A stretch of 64,000 nucleotides of DNA from Selaginella moellendorffii. Its lineage: Eukaryota; Plantae; Lycopodiophyta. The translations under genes and the position numbers were made by a program. Each line of letters begins with the position of its first letter. Position 1 is the first letter of the stretch. The stretch spans positions 952,463-1,016,462 of the forward strand of contig NW_003314266.1 in assembly GCF_000143415.4 (NCBI RefSeq). Reading direction: 5' to 3'. Shown in pieces: positions 38,968 to 52,100 of the stretch. The notes under the pieces are model-generated. The model saw only the letters and a list, made by a program, of their open reading frames with translations, was not told where the DNA came from and ran no database searches.

Positions 38968-41900
38968 TCTGGAACCTTACATGCATGTCATTATGACAAT
39001 TACATATATCAAGCAATATTAAATCCACCACTCCCACCCATAAATACCACACTAGCAAGCCATAGCATTTATAATAACTTTAACATAATAAATTTTAATA
39101 TTGGTAGTTTATCATTTGTTTGTACTTTTTGTAATGCATTGCATTTTAAAGATGAAAACTCTTCAATGTGTTGCCAGAATAACCAAGTTATATTACCTCC
39201 AATTTCACCCTTACCATTTGATTTACTTTCACTTTACAAGCAAAATAAGAACTCTAATTTTAAAACAAATATTAGACACTACAATAGTGCTCTTGCTTTT
39301 GCATCTATGTCTTCTAATATTGATATTGTAAAAGGTCATGGTCCTTATTGCTTTAAAATTCATGGTCAAATATATCATAATATTGTTTCAGCACATCCTT
39401 CTGAAGGTCAATATCGAACTTACGGACAACTTTATATGCTTGATACTCTAGAAGCTACAAATATAAGAAAGCAAAACCCTTTTAATTCAAACTTTGAGAC
39501 AAACTTACTTAAACATCTTGATGTTCTCCTTCGTCATGTTAACCCATATGCTCAAACTTTCAAAATGATGTATGAAATGGAACAAGAAGAAATTCGTTTT
39601 GCTACGCTTTCAGGTTATCCTATACGTGGTGTTTACATGTTATTAAAAACTGAAGGAACTGATCCACGACGCTATAATGCTCTACGGACAAATGATGTTG
39701 CTGTTGTGTTTGTTAGTGATGATGGAGAACCGCCACATAGTCGTGAAATTTATATATATCCAACTGCAAGCAATTCTAAATGTATCTCAACACTTGATTA
39801 TAATTGTGATCCAATGGTTTACCCATTAATATTTCCTTTTGGTGACAGAGGTTGGCACAAAAATATTTTTAATTCCGGACGTTGAATTACATTGCTCCAA
39901 TACTATGCATACCGTTTATCTATAAGAGACACAATACACTTTGGTTTTGATCAAATTTTACATGCAGGAAAACTCACACAACAATATATTGTTGATGCTT
40001 ATGTAAAAGTTGAAAGCAATAATTTGAATTACTATCGCACTCATCAAAAACAATTGCGAGTTGAAATGTATACTGGTCTTATGGATTATGTTGCAAACCG
40101 TGCTACTAATGAAAATATAAATCCAGGCAAGATTGTTATTTTACCTTTAAGTTTTGGGGGTGGCCCTAGAGCAATGCAACAAAATTATCAAGATGTAATA
40201 GCTATAGTTACTCATTTTTCAAAGCCAGATCTTTTCATTACTTTTACATGCAATCCCAAATGGCCAGAAATTTCTAAAAACTTACATCCAAATGAAAATC
40301 CTGAGGATTATCCAGACTTGGTTTCGAGAGTATTTCATATCAAGCTTAAAGAATTTTTGAATGATATTACTAAAAAACATATTTTTGGAAATTGTATTGC
40401 TTTTATATATGTAATTGAATTTCAAAAGAGAGGCCTTCCACATTGTCACTTTTTAGGGATTTTATCTCATGAAAACAAGATTAAAGACCGTGATGCTATT
40501 GACCAATACATAACGGCACAATTGCTTGATCCTTAAAATGAACCTGAAATTTCTAAAATAATTACATCTCATATGATACATGGTCCTTGTGGGCCTCTTT
40601 ACCCTAATAGTCTTTGCATGGAAAATGGCACTTGCTCAAAAGGTTATCCAAAAAAATTTAATTATGAAACTACTTTTAGTGTTGATAGATATCCAGATTA
40701 TTATAGACTTGATAATGGCTATACATTTCTAAAAAATGGGTGTTATATTGATAATCGTTAGGTAGTGCCTTATAATAAATACCTTTGTAAAAAATATAAT
40801 GCTCATATTAATATTGAAATTTGTGCTACTATAAAAAGTATTAAGTATTTATTTCAATATGTTTATAAAGGTTATGATTGTGCTACAATTGAAATCCATT
40901 CAGCAACCCAACAACCTGATAATATTTTAAATTGGGATGAAATCTCAACATTTTTAAATACACATTATGTATCTGTTCCAGAGGCAATATGGAGACTTTT
41001 TAAATTTAAAATGCATGGTCGTTCGACCCCTATAATACGTCTTCCTATCCATCTTTCAAATTTTCAAAACGTCTATTTTATAGAAGGTTATGAACAAATT
41101 GCACTTCAAAGAGCTACTCAAAATGGTACGATGTTGACAAAATGGTTTGAATTAAATATAAATGACCCAAATGCTAGACAATATACATATCCTGAAATCC
41201 TTTTATATTATACATTTAACCCTCATACTCATAACTGGCAAATTCGACATACAAGAAATGTCATTCCCCGAATGTATTCTGTGTCACCATCTAATGTTGA
41301 ACTATATCATTTACGTCTTATTTTACTCCATAAAAAAGGTGCTACATCTTTCAAAGATCTTAAGACAGTTAATAATATTTATTATGACACATTTCAACAA
41401 GTTGCAAATGCAATGGGGCTTATAACTGATGATACCGAATGGGAAAAATGTTTAGAAGATGCTTGCTTTTTTAGAATGCCAACACAATTAAGACAATTAT
41501 TTGTATTACTTTGTATCTTTTGCACTCCAAAAGATCCTTACCTCCTATGGGATAAATTTAAAGACTTCCTCTCTGAGGATTTCATGCAAACAAATTCAGT
41601 TTTTCATTATGAACATGCTTTACATGATATAAATATTAAAATGAAAATGCATGGCAAAACTAATCAAAACTATCATCTACCTATGCCATCTGAAAAATTT
41701 GATGATGAAAATATTGTCGACTCAACACAAATATATCAAAATGTTGAACAAAATATTCCTCAATTTAATCAAGAACAGTTAAATATTTTTAATGATATTC
41801 TTAATGTTATTGATCACCCAACTGAGCTTAATCGATACATTTTCATTGATGGCCCTGGTGGTACTGGTAAAACATTTCTTCTTAACACTTTTATAAATAT

Positions 41901-43158
41901 TTTACAACTGAAAAAAATAAATGTTGTTAGCATGGCTTGGACAGGAATTGCAAGTACTTTACTTTATAATGGCCGAACTTCACATACTACTTTTAAACTT
42001 CCTGTTCCAATAAATGAAACATCAACTTCCGCTATAACTGTTAATAGTGAAGCAGGTATAAGAATCAAAACTACTAATATATTGTTATGGGATGAAATAA
42101 GTATGGTTCACACTCATGCATTCACTGCTGTTGATCGAGCGTTGCGAGACCTAAAAAATACATCATTACCTTTTGGTGGCATAATTGTTGTCACTAGTGG
42201 AGACTTTAGACAAACACTTCCAGTCATTCCACATGGACATAGGGCACAAATTGTTTCAAGTTCTGTAAGAATGAATAAATTATGGAGATTATTTAGAAAG
42301 TTATTTTTGAAAACAAATATACGGCTTGCTGAAAGTGATAAATCATGGTCTGAATGGCTTCTCAAAGTTGGAAATGGTGAGAATTTTGAAAATTTACCAT
42401 CTTTACCTTCTAACTCCATTTTATTACCTCATACACAACTAATTTATTTGTCAATTATTGATTTTGTCTACCCTTCAATACTTGATATTTCAAACCCTTA
42501 TATTGCAGCCAACCGAGTCATACTTACCCCACTTAACGATAATACATTTGCAATCAACAACACTATTGTCTCTAGATTACAAGGTGATACATACATCTAC
42601 AAAAGCATTGATTTTGTTAACACTGAACATGCTGAAAATTTTCCAATAGAATTCCTAAATTCTATCACACCTTCTGGTCTCCTACCACATAAACTCTCTC
42701 TCAAACAAGGTGTTATTCTTATCCTCCTAAGAAATATGTCTCCATCAGTAGGATTATGTAACAGCACACGTCTCATCTTGAAAAATGCACTACCAAATGT
42801 TTTAGATTGTGAAATTGTGATGGGGCAATTTAAAGGGACAAGAGTTTTTATCCCACGTATCACATTAATACCATTAAATACAGAAATTCCATTCAAAATG
42901 TCCAGACGACAGTTTCCAATTCGTTTGGGTTACTGCTTAACAATCTCCAAATGCCAAGGACAAACATTTGACCGAGTTGGAATTTACTTGCCCCATCTAG
43001 TTTTCACTCATGGGCAACTTTATGTGGCTTTATCAAGATGCACATCACCACATGGACTTGAAATTAAAGTTCAAAACACCACACGCCAAGGCCACCTCCT
43101 TCTTCAAGATCTTTCTGTTTTTACAATCAACATTGTCTATAAAGAGGTTTTATATTGA
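38968..43158 (+). pseudogene. Helitron Rep (HUH-Y2) / PIF1 helicase, split by in-frame stops
   Basis: CTFCNALHF..MCC zinc finger, PDLFITFTCNPKW, EFQKRGLPHCH, IKYLFQYVYKG, GPGGTGKT, WDEISM, SGDFRQTLPV, RQFPIRLGY, HGQLYVALSR. Stops at 39883, 40534 and 40759. Confidence 0.93.
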
Positions 43159-43226
43159 ACCTCTTTGTAAACCACCCAGCATTTGCTGGGCAAGTACTCG
43201 TTTTTTATAAGCATAAATATAATAGA

Positions 43227-43522
43227 CGAGTATTTGCCCAGCAAATGCTGTGGTGCTGCTTACACACCGTGAGCAACCATGGAGCCCTAGGAGTGCATGG
43301 TGTAACATTTGTCACCACGCCCTCTTCTCTTCCCAGCCACACATGCATCCTGCCCATTCGCCACCACAACATTGAGCCAATATTCCCATTAACCATGGCC
43401 ACAGGCCTTAGCCCGGGCCTGGGGTGGCCTCCCCTTTCTGAGGACCATGGCTTCCGAGGCTGCCCCGGGCCTGGGATCGGATGGCTGTGGGGGTCTGGGC
43501 TCTTCGTTCTTATTATTATAGA
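43227..43522 (-). mobile_element. Non-autonomous 296-bp Helitron of the same family
   Basis: Its minus-strand 5' end tctataataataagaacgaag.. matches 37440 onward, and its 3' end cagcatttgctgggcaaatactcg matches 43177-43200. Inserted at A|T. Confidence 0.88.
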
Positions 43523-43642
43523 TTAGTATAGATACACATAATGTGTATAGTTCCATCACTGGAAACAAATTGAGAGTGCTTTAAATAACAGTGTTATTAA
43601 TCCTAGTCTAGCTACAACCAAGTTTTGGAAATCGATCGGGGA

Positions 43643-45649
43643 TCAAGCTGTATCAGCCTTGAATCCCAGCTTCATAGCTCTAAACGTCGAGCCATCTGGG
43701 ACGCAGCTGTTGTCCATCATCTCCACAAGAACGTCCCAGGCAGGCCCAACTTTGGCACCACCACACAGCACCTTGACCAGAGCATTGTAAGCCAGAGCAT
43801 CGGGAGTGATTCCCATCCTCGGCATGTCTCTAAGGAGCTGCGTCGCCTCGTCCATCCTGTCCGCCATTGCCAAAGCTTGAATGAGGCTCGTGCAGCTCGG
43901 ACAGTCGGGAACCACGCCGTTGTCAACCATCTCTGTGAAGACATCGATGGCCTCGTCTGCACGTCCCGCCTTTCCAAGCCCGTGGATCAAAGTCCGATAC
44001 GAGACGATTGTCGGAACGATCCCGTCTCTCTCTCGCATCTCCCTGAGCACCAGCCGGGCATCCGCAGTCTGGCCCAGCTTGCAGAGCCCGAGCATGAGGA
44101 TGTTATAAGTCACGATGCTCGGCTTCACCATCTTGCGCAGCATCGTGCTGTAAACGTTGATCGCCTCTCTCGCTCGGTTCACCCCCAGGAATCCATCCAT
44201 GAGCGAGTTGTAGACGTGGCAGTTTGCTTCCAGTCCCGCTGCGTCCATGATCTCTACGACTTTGCACGCTGCTTGCATCTTGCCTTGCTTGCAGAAGTGG
44301 CTGACGATCATGCCGTAAGTACGAGTATCCGGGACACATCCCTGCCGGACCATGGCTTCAAACATCTCTTGTGCTTCATCGTTTCGTCTCACGTAAAACA
44401 GCCCATGGATGAGATTTGTGTAGCACCTTACATCCAGAGTCACTCCCTTCTTCACCATCTCGTCCTTCAAAGTCAAGGCCTCCTCGATCTTCCCTTCCAA
44501 AACATAGCCCCCGAAGATACAGTGAAGCACCTCCGCGGCACACATCTTTCCCATCTCACGAACAAGCTTTCCAGCTTCTTCCACTCGGCCGTTCTTGCAA
44601 AGACCACTGATGAAAGAAGTGTAAGTCACCTCCGTCGGCTTCATCCCCCTAGAGACGATCTCCTGGAGGAGCTTCCGTGCCTCGTCCATCATGCTCGCTT
44701 TGGACAATCCATCCACCAAGCTCGTGTAAACAATAATGTCTGGCTTCCACCCCTTGCGATTCATCTCCTGAAACACCTCACAAGCTCTGTTCAGCTTCCC
44801 AGCCTTGCAAAGCCCCGTGATGACGACCGTGAAAGTCCTTAGATCCGGGTCACACTTCCTCGCCACCATTCTCTCAAAGCAGGCAATTGCTTGATCGGGT
44901 CTGTGAGCTTTGAAGAGCGCGTTGATGATGGCAGTGTAAGCCACCACGCACTGGCTCCCGGAAGAGCTCATCTCCTCGAAGAGCTCGCAAGCTACATCGA
45001 TCCTGCCCGAGTCTGCCAATCCCATGATCAAAGTCGTGTAAGAAACCACGTCTAAGTCCGACCTTGGAGACACCGAGTGGAAGTAACTTAGCGCTTGATC
45101 CACCTCCTTCCTCTCGCACAGAGCCTTGAGGATGATCCCGTGTGTGACTTGGCTCTTCTTGATGCCAAGAGCCTCCATCTCTTTAAGAAGCTCGTAAGCC
45201 CGCGAGAATCTCCCCGCCAGGCACAGCCCCCGGATCACAATGTTGTAGGACGCCACATCGAGCATGATCGCCTTCTTCTTCTTCGCGAGGGATAGCGATT
45301 CGTGCGCATCGTCCAGCCGCCCTCCGCGCACCAATGCCGAAAGAAGGGCATTGTATGTGAACCTGTCGTGGGCGAATCCCTGCTGGGTCGCTGCCCAGTC
45401 GAAGAATCTCTGTGCCAGGGCGCCGCATTTGACCCTGCCGAGGACGTCGCGGAAGGTATCCCTGGTGAGCCCCGGGAAACCGAAGCGCCGATCGAGCAGC
45501 GCGGCCACATTGGTACCTGGATTCGCCGCGGCGGCGTCGAGAATGGGGAGGAGAGCCCGGACGTGGTGGGGATTCGCAAAGGGAAGCTTGGTGCTGCTGG
45601 ACGGCGATATTATGAGAGATCGCTTCTGGACAAGGAACAAGCTCCTCAT
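43643..45649 (-). CDS. P-type pentatricopeptide repeat protein, intronless
   Basis: Many 35-aa repeats (YTTLI.GL...GR.D.A..LF.EM) and FFDWAATQQGFAHDRFTYN. Likely ATG at 45649, followed by a transit-peptide-like N-terminus. Confidence 0.92.
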   Translation of the reverse strand: MRSLFLVQKRSLIISPSSSTKLPFANPHHVRALLPILDAAAANPGTNVAALLDRRFGFPGLTRDTFRDVLGRVKCGALAQRFFDWAATQQGFAHDRFTYNALLSALVRGGRLDDAHESLSLAKKKKAIMLDVASYNIVIRGLCLAGRFSRAYELLKEMEALGIKKSQVTHGIILKALCERKEVDQALSYFHSVSPRSDLDVVSYTTLIMGLADSGRIDVACELFEEMSSSGSQCVVAYTAIINALFKAHRPDQAIACFERMVARKCDPDLRTFTVVITGLCKAGKLNRACEVFQEMNRKGWKPDIIVYTSLVDGLSKASMMDEARKLLQEIVSRGMKPTEVTYTSFISGLCKNGRVEEAGKLVREMGKMCAAEVLHCIFGGYVLEGKIEEALTLKDEMVKKGVTLDVRCYTNLIHGLFYVRRNDEAQEMFEAMVRQGCVPDTRTYGMIVSHFCKQGKMQAACKVVEIMDAAGLEANCHVYNSLMDGFLGVNRAREAINVYSTMLRKMVKPSIVTYNILMLGLCKLGQTADARLVLREMRERDGIVPTIVSYRTLIHGLGKAGRADEAIDVFTEMVDNGVVPDCPSCTSLIQALAMADRMDEATQLLRDMPRMGITPDALAYNALVKVLCGGAKVGPAWDVLVEMMDNSCVPDGSTFRAMKLGFKADTA

Positions 45650-47422
45650 AAACCCCAATATCAACCTAGGGTTTAGCGAAATTTGAGAATGTACTGCTGA
45701 GATCCACTTGATTCTTCCACATTTTCCTTCTCTCTTCCTTTTTTTTATCTTAGCTTTCACGTACTAACAAGGAATCCAATTAAGATAGCAAACACTGGGG
45801 ATTTTTTCCTGGAATATAAGGTTTTACAAAAATCTACCTTTGTGTTTAATGTTAAGTGTGCAACTATAATATATAAGATGAAAAAAATAACAATAAAAAT
45901 AATCATAACATAAAATTATACTTAAGGGTTAGAAGAAGATATTTAATTTGAAGTTTCATGTAAAATAATCAAATACTTTCCATAATGATAAATTAAAAAT
46001 ATATTAGTTTATTTTTGGCACAATTCTACAATTTAAAGATTATATAGATTTAGTAATTTGTGATCCAAGCTGTCAACTGTCAAAAGAACATTCTACAACT
46101 CTAATGGATGTCCTGGATATCACAAAGTGCAATCTTTAAAGCTTGAAATAGTTGTTGAGAAAGCTTCAGATTGTGCTCAAACTTACATCCTAATTGGGAA
46201 ACCAATTTGAGCAAGTTGAAAAGCCCTGAGATCATTATATATGGAAGCTATAGAGTATGAGTTGATCGATAGTGTTATCACTAAGAACCTATGCCCACTA
46301 TGCCCAAGAAAAAAATTGAGAGAATTTTTACAACTCCTCCAGAAAAACTTGGTATTAATTAATCTATTAGTAATTCAGAGAAGAACAATAAATAGAAGTG
46401 CTTTCATTTACTTCAGCATTACCTTTCAAAAGATTTCATTGTAGGGAATTTAAGGAACCAAAAGCTTCATAAGGTTCACTTCCACATCTAGAACAAAAGA
46501 TAAGAAAATTTCAATTCAATTCAAGTGACTTTGAATTCTATCTAGGAAGGATACATGCACTCATTTGTTTTCCAGTTTTCAGTGGATCGTGGATTCAACT
46601 CACAATATAAATCGTCACAATGGAAACACTATATAAAAAAAAAGAGCTTTTTCTTTTCTTGTGTACTTATTAAAGATCCTAATATCATAGCCAAAGAGAA
46701 GCCCTCCACCATAGGCAAGGACAATATGGATGGTAATCTATTTTGAATCCATGCACAAACTTCTGTTCCTTTAAAAGAGAAGAAAAAATGTATTCATATT
46801 GTCATACATTTGGGTCCAAGGAGTTGAGAAGTTTTTCTTTCAAGCCTGAAAGACACAAAAATGGGAAAATAAAATTATGCACCTAAATTTACTTGGTGTT
46901 TAAATTTTTTATTAAATTATAAATATATTTATAATTTAATAGGACATATGAAGGTGTTTAAGAAATTTTATAAATTTTAAACATATTAAAGTTTATAAAA
47001 AGAATATACTAGAATATCTAAGCATATTCTAGGTATATCCATCATTACTACCAAAAATCAAAAGCCACATTATTACAAAATTACAGTAATATACTAAAAT
47101 CAAAATGACACAAAATTTTATTATTAATAAATTCATAAAAATAAAATAATTTGTTTTATAATAAATATAAACTTAAAAAAGCTTATGGACAATACTAAGT
47201 ATTAGGTTTTGGAATTATCTTACCATAAATATAATACTAATTTGTTTTTTAAATTTCATAAGACTAGTTCAAACATTTGTTAAGCTGTCATTAACTCAAG
47301 CTGATTTTCCCAATATCATTTTTGTATTTTAGTAGTTAAGAAATAAATAATATATTTATTTTAAATTTAATATTTAGCTTTAAAAGTAAATTAAAATTTC
47401 AATTTTAATTACCTTTTAAAAA

Positions 47423-48316
47423 ATGAAGAATATAATTATCTTAGTTCATGTGTTATATTATGTTAGTATTATTAAATCACAAATAGATCATGGAGAAGAA
47501 AATGCAATGTCAGAAGAAAGTGCTAAACTAATTATATATGCAATGGAATTAATGATTAATAATACATCTTCTGATGAATTGCCAAAAGGTCAAAGTATGA
47601 ATTTTGAATTTACATTACAAGATGAAATACATGGTCATTTAAATATTGTTACTGAAATGTGGATTTATGGTACAAAAGGAAAATCTTTTCCTTTATGTGT
47701 AGCTGATCAAGAAAATCCTGAATACGATCATGGAGATAATGTTAAAAGATATTTTACAACATTATTAAATTCCCATCGTAATACTATAAGAAGATTATGT
47801 GCATCATTTTTTACTATGGTACTTGAGTATTATGCAATTCAATATACTATTATAAATTACAAAAATCATAATCCCCAATTACTATTTCCTCAAGTAGATT
47901 CTTTAGGTGTTTGTAGAATTTATCTTACTACATTAGTAAGCATTATGCCATATTATTACCTGAGATCAACACAATTTTTAGTATCACCAAATCATAAAGC
48001 AATTTTATATTTACATATAAATTGTAAATTAGTGCTTTATGTATATAACATTGAGAAATGGTCTAAGAAAGGATATGAAAGTGATAGTAAGTGTCAATTA
48101 AGAATACAATTAGATGGAAATTTAGTATTTTACTCAGGAAATAAAAATGTTATTTGGTCTCCAAATACATACTGCAAATATAAAAATTGCATGATGAACA
48201 CATTTTTATCCCTTCGAAGTAACTGTAACTTAGTATTATATAAATCTAATCAAAAAAGGTTTTCTAAATATCCAATGATTACACCAATGTGGTGGACAAA
48301 TTTAAAATCTTGCTAA
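47423..48316 (+). CDS. Putative secreted protein with C-terminal bulb-type (GNA/B-) lectin domain
   Basis: 297-aa intronless ORF with a hydrophobic N-terminus. FLVSPN..LVLY, CQLRIQLDGNLVFY (QxDxNxVxY), VIWS, LSLRSNCNLVLY..MWWTN. Confidence 0.65.
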   Translation: MKNIIILVHVLYYVSIIKSQIDHGEENAMSEESAKLIIYAMELMINNTSSDELPKGQSMNFEFTLQDEIHGHLNIVTEMWIYGTKGKSFPLCVADQENPEYDHGDNVKRYFTTLLNSHRNTIRRLCASFFTMVLEYYAIQYTIINYKNHNPQLLFPQVDSLGVCRIYLTTLVSIMPYYYLRSTQFLVSPNHKAILYLHINCKLVLYVYNIEKWSKKGYESDSKCQLRIQLDGNLVFYSGNKNVIWSPNTYCKYKNCMMNTFLSLRSNCNLVLYKSNQKRFSKYPMITPMWWTNLKSC

Positions 48317-48696
48317 CCATGACATGTCTAAATTTCTATTAAATAAAAAATCGTATAAAAAAATATAAATAATATTGATACACAACCGTTCAATCTATAG
48401 GGTACATTTCTATTACTATTAAACTTAGATGCTTTATTTAGTTATCAGCAAACTGTTAGGACGTTTTGGAGTGCAAGCAGTCTGTGTATATCGAGAGTCT
48501 CTTGGCACTAGTTGCCATTCATGAGTGTTACCTTCTAAATTTAGATTTTAATTTTCTTTTCAACTTTTCCTAGGCTCATGTTTTCCTTTCTAAAGCTAAA
48601 CATGAGTTGTTTAACCTGTAATCTGGATTTTGAATACTTACAACCGCCAATGGATACGATATGTTTCCTCTGTGTGGCTGATGTGAAATCTTGTGC

Positions 48697-49172
48697 TTTT
48701 GATTATTTATATTGATTTCTCTTAACATAAATATTTTTTTCTGAACTTCAGGCAATCCATAATAATTATTTGAATTATTAATAACATATTCTATTGTTAT
48801 TTTTCATAATTTATAGACAGTATCAACGATTTAATAATTGAAGAATGATGATATGTCAGCCTATCTTGAGGCACATATCTTTTGAAGAGGGAGAGAAAAA
48901 CCAATTGTGAGAATAACAATACTGATCTCCTGCCATTATGATTATCTATATTTCTTGCTCTTTTAACATAAATATTTTTTTATAAACATCAGCAATCAAT
49001 AACAATTATCTGAATTATTTATACATATTCTATTGTTATTTTTCATAATTTGTAGACAGTATCATCAACCTAATGATTGAAGAACAATGATATGTTAGCC
49101 TATCTTGAGGCACGTATCTTTTGAAGTGAGAGAGAAAAAAAATTATGAGAATAACAATATTGACCTCTTGCT
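48697..49172. repeat. ~240-bp tandem duplication
   Basis: ttaacataaatatttttt..agacagtatca..gcctatcttgaggcac..gagaataacaata occurs twice. Confidence 0.85.
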
Positions 49173-52100
49173 CTCATAGCAGTAAGAAAAAATATCCAAA
49201 AGGATTTGCTGATAAATATTTTTCAATAATCATAAGCACATTCATGACAGAAGCCAAAATGAGAAAAAAAAGATGTGCAATCCAATCAAACAACCTTTAA
49301 TTAGACTTGACATTCTTGTTTTCTAGAACCATAAGTGTTACATCCACTATATGATCTTGAGGGTGAGCACAGAGATGAAGACATCATTTCCAAAAGTGGT
49401 TTGTATTACTACAATATATGTAGTGGTGGTTCATGATTTAACATCATCATTCAACATCAAAAAGATGCTGTCAATATATAGCTCTAATCTTCATTCAAAT
49501 TGCACTTTGTTTATATGTTGGTTGCTCAAAGATTAGGGCTATTGAATGAGGAACAAATGGTTGATGATGGTAATCAAATTGACATTCCTGCAATTAAATA
49601 TCATAGTAAACAATAAAATTAATAACAATCTTGAGAAAGTATGAAATCTTTGACATCCTCATGAATGCGAAGGCAGAAATGTTCTTTGTAAATACCTAAA
49701 TACTAAGAATATTCTGATACTCAGAATATTACCTCTCCTTGTATAAAGATAAATAGGGATTGGCATTTGCATGAGCATACAAACACAAGAACAAGAGAGG
49801 GTTGAGGCTAGAGCCTCAACAAGTGGTGACTCCATTGGAGATGAGAATTGATTTAAAACAAGAATCTGTAAGAACAAGAAAAACTATGCTAAGAACCAAG
49901 ATCCTAGGGTTCAAAAGCGATGGTGAATCCATCCACACCTCCTAGGTCACGCCACACTCCTACTCGACCATTGGAAACTGAGAAATGGATTCCTAGGGTT
50001 CTACATATAGTTTAGGTCCAAAGCTCTCATAGAAGTGCTGTTCTTGGACCTCATACTGTGCCTCACCCTTATAGAAAGCTTTCTCAGCTTTATTACGAGC
50101 TAGATTCCTATACTGTAATCTCAGCAAGAGGGTTCACTTAACAACAGTAACCTATGCAAGTCTCTTCATTTTCTAATCTAAACTCTTCATTAAAAACTGT
50201 TTGTAAAAAACTAGACCACCAGCAATAGCAGAAAATCAAGAAGAATGATGCAGTCTTTGTTGCCACCACTCTCATTGCCACTTGCCACACCATCCATATT
50301 TTACAATGAGCAATGAAGCTGCCCCTCTTTGAGCTAGATGTAGGGATCTTAATGGATAACCACATAGCTGCATTCTTATCATATTGCTTCAACAACCATG
50401 TTCTACATGACCTTGGTAAGCTTGAAGTGTTTTCTCAATCCATGTGCGGCTGAGCATGATGCTAGGTGGTTGCATTGGAGCCAAAAGAGAAGTAGGACTT
50501 TAAGTCACTACTCACGTAGATTTTTTTAGGTTCTGGTAAGGTGCAAATGAATCACTCTTCAATTATACCACTTGATTCAAAGATTTTTGAAAGATTTTTG
50601 CTTGGATCAAAAGACCATAAAGGAGGAGGCAATTGGTGTCTTAGCTTACATCCAGCGCTGGATGGAGTTTTTCGTTGTATCTCCTGGTGCAAGTAAGACG
50701 TTTTAGTGTGCTGGATCAAGCAAAAATAAACTGGAGTAAATGGCAGCTTGCATGCCATGAGTGAATGTTGATGGTGCTGCTTCAATAGCTCCTTGCTGAA
50801 GAATCTTGTGGTAACTTCTAGATGATGATGGTGTGCCTCTGGATGAGCTGTTGTCAAGGAGGATATAGCTCCAGGTGGGAACGCTAATAGCATGCTGTAT
50901 CGTGAGTGTTTGAGTAGACTAGCATGGATGATGTGTCTCTGCTAGGAGTCTCAGGGCATAGATCTCCTTTTCAAGCTTGAGCTACTGTTCCTGCTGCTGT
51001 TGGAGAAGAGTCTTGTACTCTTTGAACTTAGCAAGTCTAGTTTCCATTGCTGCAAGCATCTACTTAGATGCTAACTAGACAATCTACTGTGGTGTGATGG
51101 TGCAAGCAGCAGTACAAGGATGCTCTCCTAAGAGGCCCTGGACATGCTCCTCAGTGAAAGAAACCCCCAGCTCTCAAAACATCTCTGTCTCAAGCTTGGC
51201 AGTGTGAGCATATACATCTTGGCATATTTGATGTTGTCTCTTTACCACTTTTTGCTGCAATCTGGGTCTTTTGCGAGTAGCTCTAGGAATCAAGTAGCAA
51301 TTGGAGGAAATGGCTAGAGTGTCCAGCCCAGCTTTTTCTCCCACTATACCAGCACATCTAGTCCAGGTCATGAGCACAAAGGCATCATCAGATCCTAGAG
51401 CATTCATCAAATGCAACTGCAAATTTGTGTGTGTGAAGTGGCTGCGACTTGGCTGGATATTTATGGCTTAGATGACACATCCAATGTCTCCATCATGCTA
51501 GTAGAGTCAGTGCAGGAAACTAGAGCCAAAGATGGAAGAATTGTTGAGCCAAAGAGGCCAAATTGTTGATCTCATCCATTGGAAACATATTGTCACCATT
51601 CTTGAGCATATGCTTCAACATTTTTTGAGAATCTTGTATGCGGTGCCCATGATTTGTGAAGAGATTCTAGAGTGTCCACTGACCTGAAGGAAGGTCTCAT
51701 GGTAGTAGAGTCTGGTTGAGTAAAGCAAGAGTGACTATGTGGTAGTAAACTTCCTATGGCACACTTTCCCTGTATGCCACAAGATCCGGATGCTCCTCAG
51801 CTACTTGTGCAGTCCCATTGATGGAATACTCACACAAAGAAGTTCCCCATAGGGACTGGCTATTGCTAGTAGGAATCATGCACATGTGCAGAAATAGGAA
51901 CGTTGTAGCAGATGCCAGCTGGATGAACATGAACACTTCGTAAGGCTGCTAGATTTTTCCCAGTGACTGAAAGCGAGTTCTTTTCCTTCAACAACAGCAC
52001 TTCTCCACCTCCAGAAGCAGCCAGCATATGGAGCCGAGGCACTCCAATCTTACCATAGTATCATTCGTGCATTCAGATTCTCTCAACACCATGAACTTTG

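Larger units (their letters stand above)
37440..43200 (+). mobile_element. Helitron, autonomous type with disrupted Rep/Hel; spans an assembly gap
   Basis: 5' TC after A; 3' hairpin cccagcatttgctggg (43175-43190), then CTCG|T; no TSD; Rep/helicase ORFs. Confidence 0.88.

Noticed and set aside
38333-39058. ORFs spanning the N run
   Set aside because: Artefacts of the assembly gap.
37440-43522. Long inverted repeats suggesting a TIR element around the Helitron
   Set aside because: Explained by two independent Helitrons in opposite orientation, each with its own A|T site.
43625-44842. 405-aa plus-strand ORF
   Set aside because: Antisense shadow of the GC-rich PPR gene.
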